Part shown: positions 56,566-64,000 of the stretch, piece by piece
Numbering within the stretch: position 1 is the first letter of the stretch
How the letters are laid out: each line of letters starts with the position of its first letter
Source: Pseudolabrys sp.
Lineage (GTDB): Bacteria > Pseudomonadota > Alphaproteobacteria > Rhizobiales > Xanthobacteraceae
DNA: 64,000 bases
Assembly: GCA_035718275.1 (NCBI GenBank)
Contig: DASTHI010000046.1
Coordinates: 54,348-118,347 of the forward strand
Direction of reading: 5' to 3'
Notes under the pieces: model-generated
What the model saw: the letters and a program-made list of their open reading frames with translations, nothing else
Database searches by the model: none
Told to the model about the DNA's origin: nothing
Position numbers and translations under genes: made by a program

Positions 56566-57644
56566 ACCGCGCCTCGCTGCATCCCCTGACCGCCGGCGTG
56601 CTGCTGCTCGTCGGGGTCGCTTTGCCGCTTCTCTTCCCGGACTACACCAATCAGATCGCCGTTCTTTGGCTGATGGTGGTGTTCGCATCGACATGGGACG
56701 TGATCGGCGGCCAGATGGGCTACAACTCGCTGGGCAATATCTTCTTTTTCGGCGCCGGGATGTACACCTCGGCCGTCGTGCAGATTGGGCTTTTCTACGA
56801 CGTCGGCATGTACACGTCGGGGGCGCGCACGACGCATATCGTATTTACCAACGCGCAGTACTTCACCGGCTTCGCGATCGGAGTAATTGCGGCCGGAATT
56901 GCGGCAGCGCTGCTCGCGGTCGCGACCTCGTGGGTCGTCTTCGGGCTGCGCGGACCGTATTTTGCGATTGGCACTCTCGGCGTTGCGGTCGCCGGCGCCG
57001 AGTTGGTGGCATCCTGGGAATGGGTGGGAGCCGCCGCCGGAATTTCCATGCCGGTGTTCCCGGGAGCACCCGAGACGCAGAAGCTGTTCTTTTACTTCCT
57101 GCTGTTCGGCCTCGCCTTTGCCCTGCTCGTGTTTCTTCGCTGGCTCTATTCGACGAATTTCGGATTGGCAATAAACGCTATTCGTGACGACGAGGAAAAA
57201 GCCGAGGCGATGGGGCTGCACACGCGCCGCTACAAGCGAACCGCATGGGTGATCTCCGCATTCTTTCTCGGCATTGCCGGCGCCATTTTCGGCAACATGA
57301 CCGGCTTTATCGAGCCGCGCGACATCGCCTTTCCCACCACCACCTTCAACATCTTCATGATCCTGATGGTGCTGCTAGGCGGAAAGGGCACGTTCTGGGG
57401 TCCCGTGGTCGGCGCCGTCATCTTCCAAATCATCAAGGAGGTCACCTGGACGTATTTCCTCGGCTGGCAGTTCGTGGCGCTGGGACTGCTGATCGTGATC
57501 ATCATCGTGTACTTCCAGCAGGGGATCGTCGGCTGGCTGATGGAGAAATATCCCGACTGGTTCGGCGTCCGCTCGGCGCCGAAGAAAGAGGAGCAGCCGG
57601 CACCCGCCATTGGTCTTCAGCCGCATCCCGAGGGTGCCGAATGA
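56562..57644 (+). CDS. livM: ABC permease, LivM-like
   Basis: WDVIGGQMGY.SLG, LRGPYFAI.TL, GLAINAIRDDE, LGGKGT..GP. Confidence 0.88.
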   Translation: MNRASLHPLTAGVLLLVGVALPLLFPDYTNQIAVLWLMVVFASTWDVIGGQMGYNSLGNIFFFGAGMYTSAVVQIGLFYDVGMYTSGARTTHIVFTNAQYFTGFAIGVIAAGIAAALLAVATSWVVFGLRGPYFAIGTLGVAVAGAELVASWEWVGAAAGISMPVFPGAPETQKLFFYFLLFGLAFALLVFLRWLYSTNFGLAINAIRDDEEKAEAMGLHTRRYKRTAWVISAFFLGIAGAIFGNMTGFIEPRDIAFPTTTFNIFMILMVLLGGKGTFWGPVVGAVIFQIIKEVTWTYFLGWQFVALGLLIVIIIVYFQQGIVGWLMEKYPDWFGVRSAPKKEEQPAPAIGLQPHPEGAE

Positions 57645-58387
57645 ACAACGCCATCATCGAACTGGCGAATGTCACGAAAACATTCGGTGGCGTAGTGGCC
57701 AACCGCAACGTGTCGCTGACGGTGGAGCGCGGGCGCATCACCGGCCTCATCGGCCCCAACGGCTCCGGCAAGACGACACTGTTCAGCTCGATCGTCGGAT
57801 ATCATCCGATCGATTCCGGTTCGATCCGCTTCGAAGGCAAGGAAATCTCCAGACTGCGCGTGCAGGAGATTGCGCGGCTGGGCTTGCTGCGCACGTTCCA
57901 GACCACGCGTATCTACGGGAAGATGAGCTGTCTGCAGAACATGCAGATTTCGATTCCGCACCGGAAGGCGTCGTTTCTCGACATGTTTGCCTATGAACGC
58001 GCCGGGGTGATCGAAAAGGCCGAACAGCTGCTTTCGTTCGTTGGCCTTTACGAGAAGCGGCACCTGCGCGCCGGCAGCCTTTCCTTCGGCCAACAGAAGT
58101 TGCTGGAATTTGCGATGGCGCTCATGAACGAGCCCACGGTACTTCTGCTCGACGAGCCGACGGCGGGAATCAACCCGACCCTCATTAACGGTCTCATCGA
58201 CCGCCTCAAGCGCGCCAATTCCGAGTTCGGCATCACGATGCTGATCATCGAGCACAATATGCGCGTCATCATGAACATGGCCGACAGGATCTACTGTCTC
58301 GCCCATGGTGAGATGCTGGCGTCGGGCGCACCCGCCGAAATCCAGGGGAACCAGGCCGTCGTCGACGCCTATCTCGGAGCGCATTGA
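57641..58387 (+). CDS. livG: ABC ATP-binding protein, LivG-like
   Basis: GPNGSGKTT, RTFQ, LSFGQQK, LLDEPTAG, IEH. ATG 57641 overlaps the livM stop. Confidence 0.9.
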   Translation: MNNAIIELANVTKTFGGVVANRNVSLTVERGRITGLIGPNGSGKTTLFSSIVGYHPIDSGSIRFEGKEISRLRVQEIARLGLLRTFQTTRIYGKMSCLQNMQISIPHRKASFLDMFAYERAGVIEKAEQLLSFVGLYEKRHLRAGSLSFGQQKLLEFAMALMNEPTVLLLDEPTAGINPTLINGLIDRLKRANSEFGITMLIIEHNMRVIMNMADRIYCLAHGEMLASGAPAEIQGNQAVVDAYLGAH

Positions 58388-59247
58388 TGGCGGACCACAT
58401 GCCGACGGGAACCTATCACGATAGTGTCGGCGCCGTGATCTCCGTCGAGGAGGTTGCGCGCCAGGCCCTCGAAATCGCACGCGATGTCGATGTCAATGAA
58501 CTCGACAGTCTTTCCGGCGGCGCGCCGCACCTGCGCATCGATGATCTCAACGCCGGCTATGGGCAGATGGAGATATTGCATAACTTCAATCTCCGCGTCG
58601 GACGCGGGCAGTCGCTTTGCCTGATCGGACCGAACGGCGCCGGCAAGTCGACCGTACTTCACTCGATCTTCGGCTTTACGAACATCTTCTCGGGACGCGT
58701 CTGCGTCGGGAGAGACGGCAGGATGCTTGACGTGACCGGGTTGTCCTCGAACGAGAAACTTCAGTCTGCCGGCATCGCCTACATCCTGCAGGATAAGTCG
58801 GTATTTCCGGGCATGACCGTGGAGGAGAATCTGTGGCTCGGCGCCTACCTGATGGACAGGAAATCGGCGAGGCGGGCCGCCGATAAAATCTTCGAGAAAT
58901 ATCCTCGCCTCGCAGCGCGCCGGAAGCATCCCGCCAAGGTTCTCTCTGGCGGAGAGCGGCGGCTCCTCGAAATCTGCCGCGCCCTCGTCATGGATCCGCA
59001 GGTGCTGCTCGTGGATGAGCCCTCGATCGGACTCGAGCCGCGCTTCATCAATGCGGTTTTCGACATCCTCGGCGACCTGCAGCACGGCGAAGGAAAGACC
59101 ATCGTCATGGTCGAGCAGAACGCGAAAAAGGGACTCGAGTTCTCCGATATCGGCTATGTGCTCGTTTCAGGACGCCTCGCGCTCGCAGGTCCCGCGCGCG
59201 ATCTGCTCATGGACCAGGACGTCGGGCGGCTCTTCCTGGGCGGGTAG
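58387..59247 (+). CDS. livF: ABC ATP-binding protein, LivF-like, with an N-terminal extension of about 40 aa
   Basis: GPNGAGKST, LSGGERR, DEPSIGL, VEQN. Confidence 0.9.
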   Translation: MADHMPTGTYHDSVGAVISVEEVARQALEIARDVDVNELDSLSGGAPHLRIDDLNAGYGQMEILHNFNLRVGRGQSLCLIGPNGAGKSTVLHSIFGFTNIFSGRVCVGRDGRMLDVTGLSSNEKLQSAGIAYILQDKSVFPGMTVEENLWLGAYLMDRKSARRAADKIFEKYPRLAARRKHPAKVLSGGERRLLEICRALVMDPQVLLVDEPSIGLEPRFINAVFDILGDLQHGEGKTIVMVEQNAKKGLEFSDIGYVLVSGRLALAGPARDLLMDQDVGRLFLGG

Positions 59248-59399
59248 CCGAAGGCTCGCGCGGGCGCGGAGCCAACCGACTGGCTTTCCAATAGCAGCCG
59301 ACCGCCATTCTGCCGCCAATTTTTCACCCCGGAACGCTCACGAAAAGAGCCCCATTCCTGTGCCAAGTCCGAGGCTTGCGAATGCGGGGACACTCACAA

Positions 59400-60428
59400 A
59401 TGCGTCGGGCAGCCGTTCTGCTTATGCTCGCTGTTGTCGTCGGGGTCCTTGGTTGCCAGGCGGCAGTCGCCAAGGCGCCCGACTTCTACTCATCTGCAGA
59501 GATCCTGAAATGGATCAACGATTACCGGACCGCGCCCAATCCGGAACGCGCGGCCGATGCGATCCATAGGCTGAGCAAGCTCGGGGAGCTGCGGAATCCG
59601 GAATCAGCCGGCGTCTATCTCGGATTCGCCGCCGGCATTCTCGCCGCCAATCCCGGCAAGGCGGACGCGCTGGTCGCGAAGATGTTGCCCATGCCGGCGG
59701 AAGATCAATGGTTCGTTGTTCGCGCCGTCGCCTATTCCGGCGTCCCGCGATGGCGTTTCGTGCTGGCCCGCATCCGTCCGCGCGTTCCGGCGCGGGCCGC
59801 GATGCTGCAGAAATATCTCAAAGGCTCCCTGCCCGTTCTGGCGCAATACCGACTCGAAGCCGAGAAGCCGGGCTGGTTTTCGCGAAATTTCTCGTTCGGG
59901 AAACAGAAGGCAAAGCCGGTCGTGCTCGAGGCGAGCCCGGACCTTCTCGACACGTTCTGGGGCTATTACTACGCCACGGGCGCGCGAATGCCGGTCGAAA
60001 ACATCATCGGCATGCTGACCTGGTCGGAAAATAAGGACGACACCGAGAAGCTCACTCTCGGCGGCATGGCGAAATACACGCTCGCCTCGAATGCATCGCG
60101 CGATCCGGCATTGCTGGCGATGATTAAGGCGATCCAGCCCTCGCAGCCCAAGGACGTGCAGCCCCCCTTGAAGGAGGTCATCGAGGCGGCCGATGATGTG
60201 AATGTCTCGCGCATCCGGCGCGACATGCTCGCTTCGCTCGACACATTGCGGCGTAACGGACCGCAAAGCCGGCGCAATATCAGCTGGTGGGGCCATGTCG
60301 GCGAAGGCGCGCTTGCCGCCGGCTGCATCGCCGCAGCGATCGCCGGACAGATACAACTTGGCATTCCCTGCGTCGTCGGCGGTGCCGTCGCAAGCGGCGG
60401 GTTGAAGCTCTGGTCGACGTCCGAGTGA
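59400..60428 (+). CDS. Conserved exported hypothetical protein
   Basis: Signal peptide, long helical body, hydrophobic Gly/Ala-rich C-terminus with two Cys. Confidence 0.75.
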   Translation: MRRAAVLLMLAVVVGVLGCQAAVAKAPDFYSSAEILKWINDYRTAPNPERAADAIHRLSKLGELRNPESAGVYLGFAAGILAANPGKADALVAKMLPMPAEDQWFVVRAVAYSGVPRWRFVLARIRPRVPARAAMLQKYLKGSLPVLAQYRLEAEKPGWFSRNFSFGKQKAKPVVLEASPDLLDTFWGYYYATGARMPVENIIGMLTWSENKDDTEKLTLGGMAKYTLASNASRDPALLAMIKAIQPSQPKDVQPPLKEVIEAADDVNVSRIRRDMLASLDTLRRNGPQSRRNISWWGHVGEGALAAGCIAAAIAGQIQLGIPCVVGGAVASGGLKLWSTSE

Positions 60429-60446
60429 CTCGATCGGCCTGAATGA

Positions 60447-62780
60447 TCAGAACAGCCCGAATCCGAAATGCAGTCGCTGCGTGACGTCGTAAGGACCCTT
60501 GGTGAGCGGATACGCGTAATCCACGCGCAGCGGACCCAGAATCGAATCCCAGACCAGCCCCACGCCTATCGACGAGCGGATCGCGCGTGAGTTGCTGACC
60601 TGAAGCGATTGCGCGAGTGCCGGGCCGTAGGACGCGCTTCCGCGTCCCCACAGACTGCCGGCATCGGCAAAGACTGCGCCCTTTAGGCCAAACTCCGGCG
60701 GCACCATCGGCAGCGGCGCCTGAATCTCCTGGCTCGTCGCCCAATAAACGGTGCCACCGATGTTATCCATCGTCGTTCCAGACGTGATGTCGCGCGGCCC
60801 GAAACCGTTGGGGGCAAAGCCGCGGACGAGTTGCGGGCCGCCGAAGAAGCCGTTGAGCAGCGGAAGCTCCTGACCGCCCCATGGCACGACATAGCCGGAC
60901 TGCACGCGGCTCATGCTCGTGAGATATTCGTTGAGCGGTTGATAATATTTCAGATCGTTGGTGTTACGGTAAAACTTTACGTCGCCGCCGAAGCCGGCGA
61001 TGTCGTTGTTCGCGCGCGCCAGAATGCCCTTCGACGGATGCCGATCATCATCCAGCGTATTGTACGTTGCCGTTGCACCGACGGTTGACACCCACTGCGA
61101 TCCAGCAGCCGCGGCCTGCTGGATGGGAATGGACGCCTTGCCTAGCGCAGGGTCGAGCTGCAGCGATTGATTGGCCAACGCGTAGTGCAGGTTCAAGCCC
61201 ATCTCGTCGGTCAGCGGAAGTCCGAAACCGATCTTTCCGCCATAGCTGGTGCTCGTGTAGGACTGGTTGCTGTTCGCGTCGCTTTGCCTTGCGAAAAGGT
61301 TGAGGCCGAGCGCGACCTTCTGTCCGAACAGATAAGGCTCGGTGTATCCGACGTTGAATCCCTTGACGTATTGTCCGTAATCCAGCGACACGACTACGCC
61401 CCGCCCGCTGCCGAAAGCGTTGCGTTCGCCCAGCGTGACATTCGCGACCGCGCCATCGACGTCGGAATAGCCGCCCGCGATGGTGAACTGTCCCGTCTCC
61501 TGCTCCTCGACCTTGAGATCGAGCACGACGCGGTCGGGAGCCGAGCCATCCTTCCGAGTGATGGTGACGTTCTTGAAAAAGCCGAGCTTCTTCAAATGTC
61601 GTTCGCTGGCGTGAACGAGCGCCTTGTTGTACGGGCTGCCTTCCCCGAATGTGAGCTCGCGCCGGATCACGTTCTCCCGTGTCTTGGCGTTGCCATGGAC
61701 ATCGATACGCTCGACATAAAGCCGCGGCCCGTTTTCTATTCGATAGACGAGATCGACAATCTGCTTGCCATCGACCCGCCGCGTCTCAGGCTTCACCGCC
61801 GCGAACGGTTCACCGCGCCGCGCGAGCCTTGCCAGCAATGTATCGACCGTTCTCTCGATAGCGTCGGCGTCATAGACGTCGCCGGTGCGCGTCTCCAGCA
61901 GGCGATCAAGGGATTTCGCGTCAATTCCCTTGACATTGGATGTCACCGCCACATCACCGAACCGGTGACGCATGCCCTCGCTGATCGTGAAGGTCAGGAC
62001 GAGCACTTTCTTTTCGGGCTCATATCGCGGCTCCGCCGAGGTCACCTGGACGTCGGGATAGCCGTGCGCGCGATAGAACTGGAGCAGCAGCTTGCGGTCG
62101 TTTTCCACTTTTTCCGGATCGTAGAAATCATTGTCGAGAAGGAAGCTGAGAAGATTCGTCTCGCCCGTCTTGATGATGCCTTTGAGCTTGCTTCGCCCAT
62201 AGGCGCCGTTCCCTTTGAACTCGATCTTCGTTATACCGGTCCGCGGGCCTTCCGCGATTTCGTAGACGAGACTGGCGCGATGGTCGCCATGAGCGATCGT
62301 CTTGGGAGTAATCTTCGCGTCGAACCGGCCACGTCGGCGGTAAACCGTGGTCATGAGCGCGATGTCATCGTGAACGAGTGCCGAGGACAGCGGACCTTTC
62401 TCCTTGGACGTGACCAGCGACCGCAGTTCCTTGTCCTTGATTGCCTTGTTGCCCTCGAAGGCGATGGCGTCGATCGTGGGGTTCTCGACGACCTGGATGT
62501 GAAGACTGGAACCAGAGCGCCAGACTTTCACGTCGCTGAAGAGATGCGTCGCGTAGAGCGCCTTGAGCGTGGCGTCGACATCCTCCCCGAATGCAGCTGA
62601 ATCCTTGCTCAGCCTGACATGCGCCTTGATCGCGGCGGGATCCACGTGCCGGTTGCCAGACACGATGATCGACGCCTGATCTGAATCACCGGCCTGCGCG
62701 CGGGCAGGTGCAGGCAGGATGGCACCCGCGCAGAGGAGAAAAAGGCCGGAAAGACCAGCGGCTTGCAGGCGGACAGACAT
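60447..62780 (-). CDS. bamA: Omp85/BamA family outer membrane protein (stand-alone paralog)
   Basis: Signal peptide, five POTRA repeats (GN.., TRENVIRREL), VRGF loop-6 motif, GPLRVDYAYP, C-terminal Phe. Confidence 0.9.
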   Translation of the reverse strand: MSVRLQAAGLSGLFLLCAGAILPAPARAQAGDSDQASIIVSGNRHVDPAAIKAHVRLSKDSAAFGEDVDATLKALYATHLFSDVKVWRSGSSLHIQVVENPTIDAIAFEGNKAIKDKELRSLVTSKEKGPLSSALVHDDIALMTTVYRRRGRFDAKITPKTIAHGDHRASLVYEIAEGPRTGITKIEFKGNGAYGRSKLKGIIKTGETNLLSFLLDNDFYDPEKVENDRKLLLQFYRAHGYPDVQVTSAEPRYEPEKKVLVLTFTISEGMRHRFGDVAVTSNVKGIDAKSLDRLLETRTGDVYDADAIERTVDTLLARLARRGEPFAAVKPETRRVDGKQIVDLVYRIENGPRLYVERIDVHGNAKTRENVIRRELTFGEGSPYNKALVHASERHLKKLGFFKNVTITRKDGSAPDRVVLDLKVEEQETGQFTIAGGYSDVDGAVANVTLGERNAFGSGRGVVVSLDYGQYVKGFNVGYTEPYLFGQKVALGLNLFARQSDANSNQSYTSTSYGGKIGFGLPLTDEMGLNLHYALANQSLQLDPALGKASIPIQQAAAAGSQWVSTVGATATYNTLDDDRHPSKGILARANNDIAGFGGDVKFYRNTNDLKYYQPLNEYLTSMSRVQSGYVVPWGGQELPLLNGFFGGPQLVRGFAPNGFGPRDITSGTTMDNIGGTVYWATSQEIQAPLPMVPPEFGLKGAVFADAGSLWGRGSASYGPALAQSLQVSNSRAIRSSIGVGLVWDSILGPLRVDYAYPLTKGPYDVTQRLHFGFGLF

Positions 62781-62989
62781 GAGCCCGGAGCCAAGCCGGC
62801 CCCGGAGGCAAAACGAAGTCCACATCCGGAAGAATTCAGGGACTGCCGCCGCGATTTTGCCGCAACCGTGGCTTCCGCCGTCTCTGGTATCAGGACCGCG
62901 CCTGAATGAGGCGCACCTGCAGCTTGGGCGTTTCTCAAGATGGGATCGAGCCCGCCCGCTCGACCGAATACAATGTGACCCACGAAAAA

Positions 62990-64000
62990 ATGAGGCACGC
63001 GATCGACCAGCAATCACCCGCAGGGAGCGCCGCGCCCGTCATATTGCCGGAAAACCCGCATGCCCTGCCTGTGGCTGAGGTGCTGCGGCGGCTTCAGGTG
63101 TTTCCTGCCGAGGGACTCTCCGAAGCCGAGGTGGGCGAGCGGCGAAAACGCTTCGGACCGAACTTGATAGGGTCGCGTCGCACCGCCAGCGCGATCGGCC
63201 TCCTCCTGCACCAGTTCAAGAGCCCGGTCGTCTATCTGCTGGGTGCCGCAGCCGGGCTGGCGTTCTATTTCGGCGAGCTGGAAGAAGGCAGCGCCATCGT
63301 TGCGGTGCTCGCTATCAATGCCCTGATCGGCTTCGTGACCGAATTGAAGGCGGCACGCTCGATCGAGGCTTTGCGTGCGCTGGGTGCGCGCACCGCCCGC
63401 GTCCGGCGGGAGGGTCACGTTCGAATCGTGCCCGCCGAGGAGCTCGTTCCGGGCGACATCGTAGTGCTGGATGCAGGCGATTCGTTATCGGCCGATGTCC
63501 GCCTGATCGAGAGTTCACGCATATCAGCCGACGAATCCACACTTACCGGCGAGTCGGTCGCCGTCGAGAAGCAGACGCGCCCCGTCAGTGCAGACGCCCG
63601 CCTCGGCGATCGTGCGTCGATGCTGTTCAAGGGCACCGCCCTCACGCGCGGCAGCGGCACGGGCGTTGTCGTCGCGACCGGACTTGCCACCGAGCTTGGA
63701 CAAGTGACGCAGCTCGTCCTCGAAGCCGATCCGGGAAGCTCGCCGCTCGAACGCAAGCTCGCGCGGCTGTCGGCGCAGCTCGTGTGGGTGACGATCGCCG
63801 TTGCGGCCGTGGTCGGCGCCGTTGGTCTCATCGCCGGAGAAGACCCTTTCCTCATGATCGAGGCGGCGATTGCACTCGCGGTCGCTGCCGTTCCCGAGGG
63901 CCTTCCGATCGTTGCCACGCTTGCGCTCGCCCGCGGCATGTGGCGCATGGCACAGCAGAACGCGCTGATCGAGCGCCTGTCCGTAGTCGAGACGCTCGGG
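62990..64000 (+). CDS. Cation-transporting P-type ATPase (type II, Ca2+-ATPase-like), 5' partial, runs off the window end
   Basis: Hand translation from ATG 62990: GLSEAEV.ERRKRFGPN, LVPGDIV, ADVRL, LTGES, MLFKGT, AVPEGLP. Confidence 0.92.
   Translation, partial: MRHAIDQQSPAGSAAPVILPENPHALPVAEVLRRLQVFPAEGLSEAEVGERRKRFGPNLIGSRRTASAIGLLLHQFKSPVVYLLGAAAGLAFYFGELEEGSAIVAVLAINALIGFVTELKAARSIEALRALGARTARVRREGHVRIVPAEELVPGDIVVLDAGDSLSADVRLIESSRISADESTLTGESVAVEKQTRPVSADARLGDRASMLFKGTALTRGSGTGVVVATGLATELGQVTQLVLEADPGSSPLERKLARLSAQLVWVTIAVAAVVGAVGLIAGEDPFLMIEAAIALAVAAVPEGLPIVATLALARGMWRMAQQNALIERLSVVETLG

Noticed and set aside
57245-57640. Extended 380-aa start for livG given by the ORF track
   Set aside because: It overlaps livM by about 400 nt. 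ATG 57641 overlapping the livM stop is the typical coupled start.
62781-63017. 856-aa extended start for bamA
   Set aside because: The extension is not protein-like and overlaps the P-type ATPase start. A signal peptide begins at ATG 62780.
62990-64000. Apparent absence or frameshift of a gene at the window end
   Set aside because: The frame is continuously open to base 64000. It is missing from the track only because the stop lies outside the window.

Overview
Chromosomal window (about 60% GC) from an alphaproteobacterium. Gene content and synteny point to Hyphomicrobiales, probably Xanthobacteraceae/Nitrobacteraceae-like. I found no integrase, transposase, prophage or CRISPR array. In order: (1) a 4 kb microoxia island with six FNR/FixK-type boxes (Cys-rich DUF6455-like protein, hemN, a 60-aa protein, a candidate unannotated sRNA, bacteriohemerythrin, cytochrome b561); (2) carA, a cupin, a methyltransferase, nrdAB preceded by tandem NrdR boxes and a cobalamin riboswitch, then carB-greA; (3) an inserted module of an AraC-TPR regulator and an exported His-rich TPR protein; (4) lrp / trxB-lysR (LsrB/VtlR-like) followed by an AbcR-like sRNA; (5) pqqABCDE, with pqqA missing from the ORF track; (6) an L,D-transpeptidase, tRNA-His, phasin, a PdhS-like kinase, DUF1194 and AsmA; (7) potGHI-like genes, glpK and glpD; (8) a glutamine amidotransferase, an SDR, a malonate TRAP + matA cluster lacking matB beside a CoA-transferase; (9) a cyclase-msrB-ThDP enzyme operon, a Bug protein and a TarD-like enolase; (10) a GT2, a branched-chain-type ABC transporter, an orphan BamA paralog and a partial P-type ATPase. 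The strongest novelty candidates are the FNR-box-linked sRNA at ~2529-2622, the AbcR-like sRNA with an in-window seed match, the AraC-TPR/His-rich TPR module and the matB-less malonate cluster. All assignments come from reading motifs and recalling protein families. No database searches were run.
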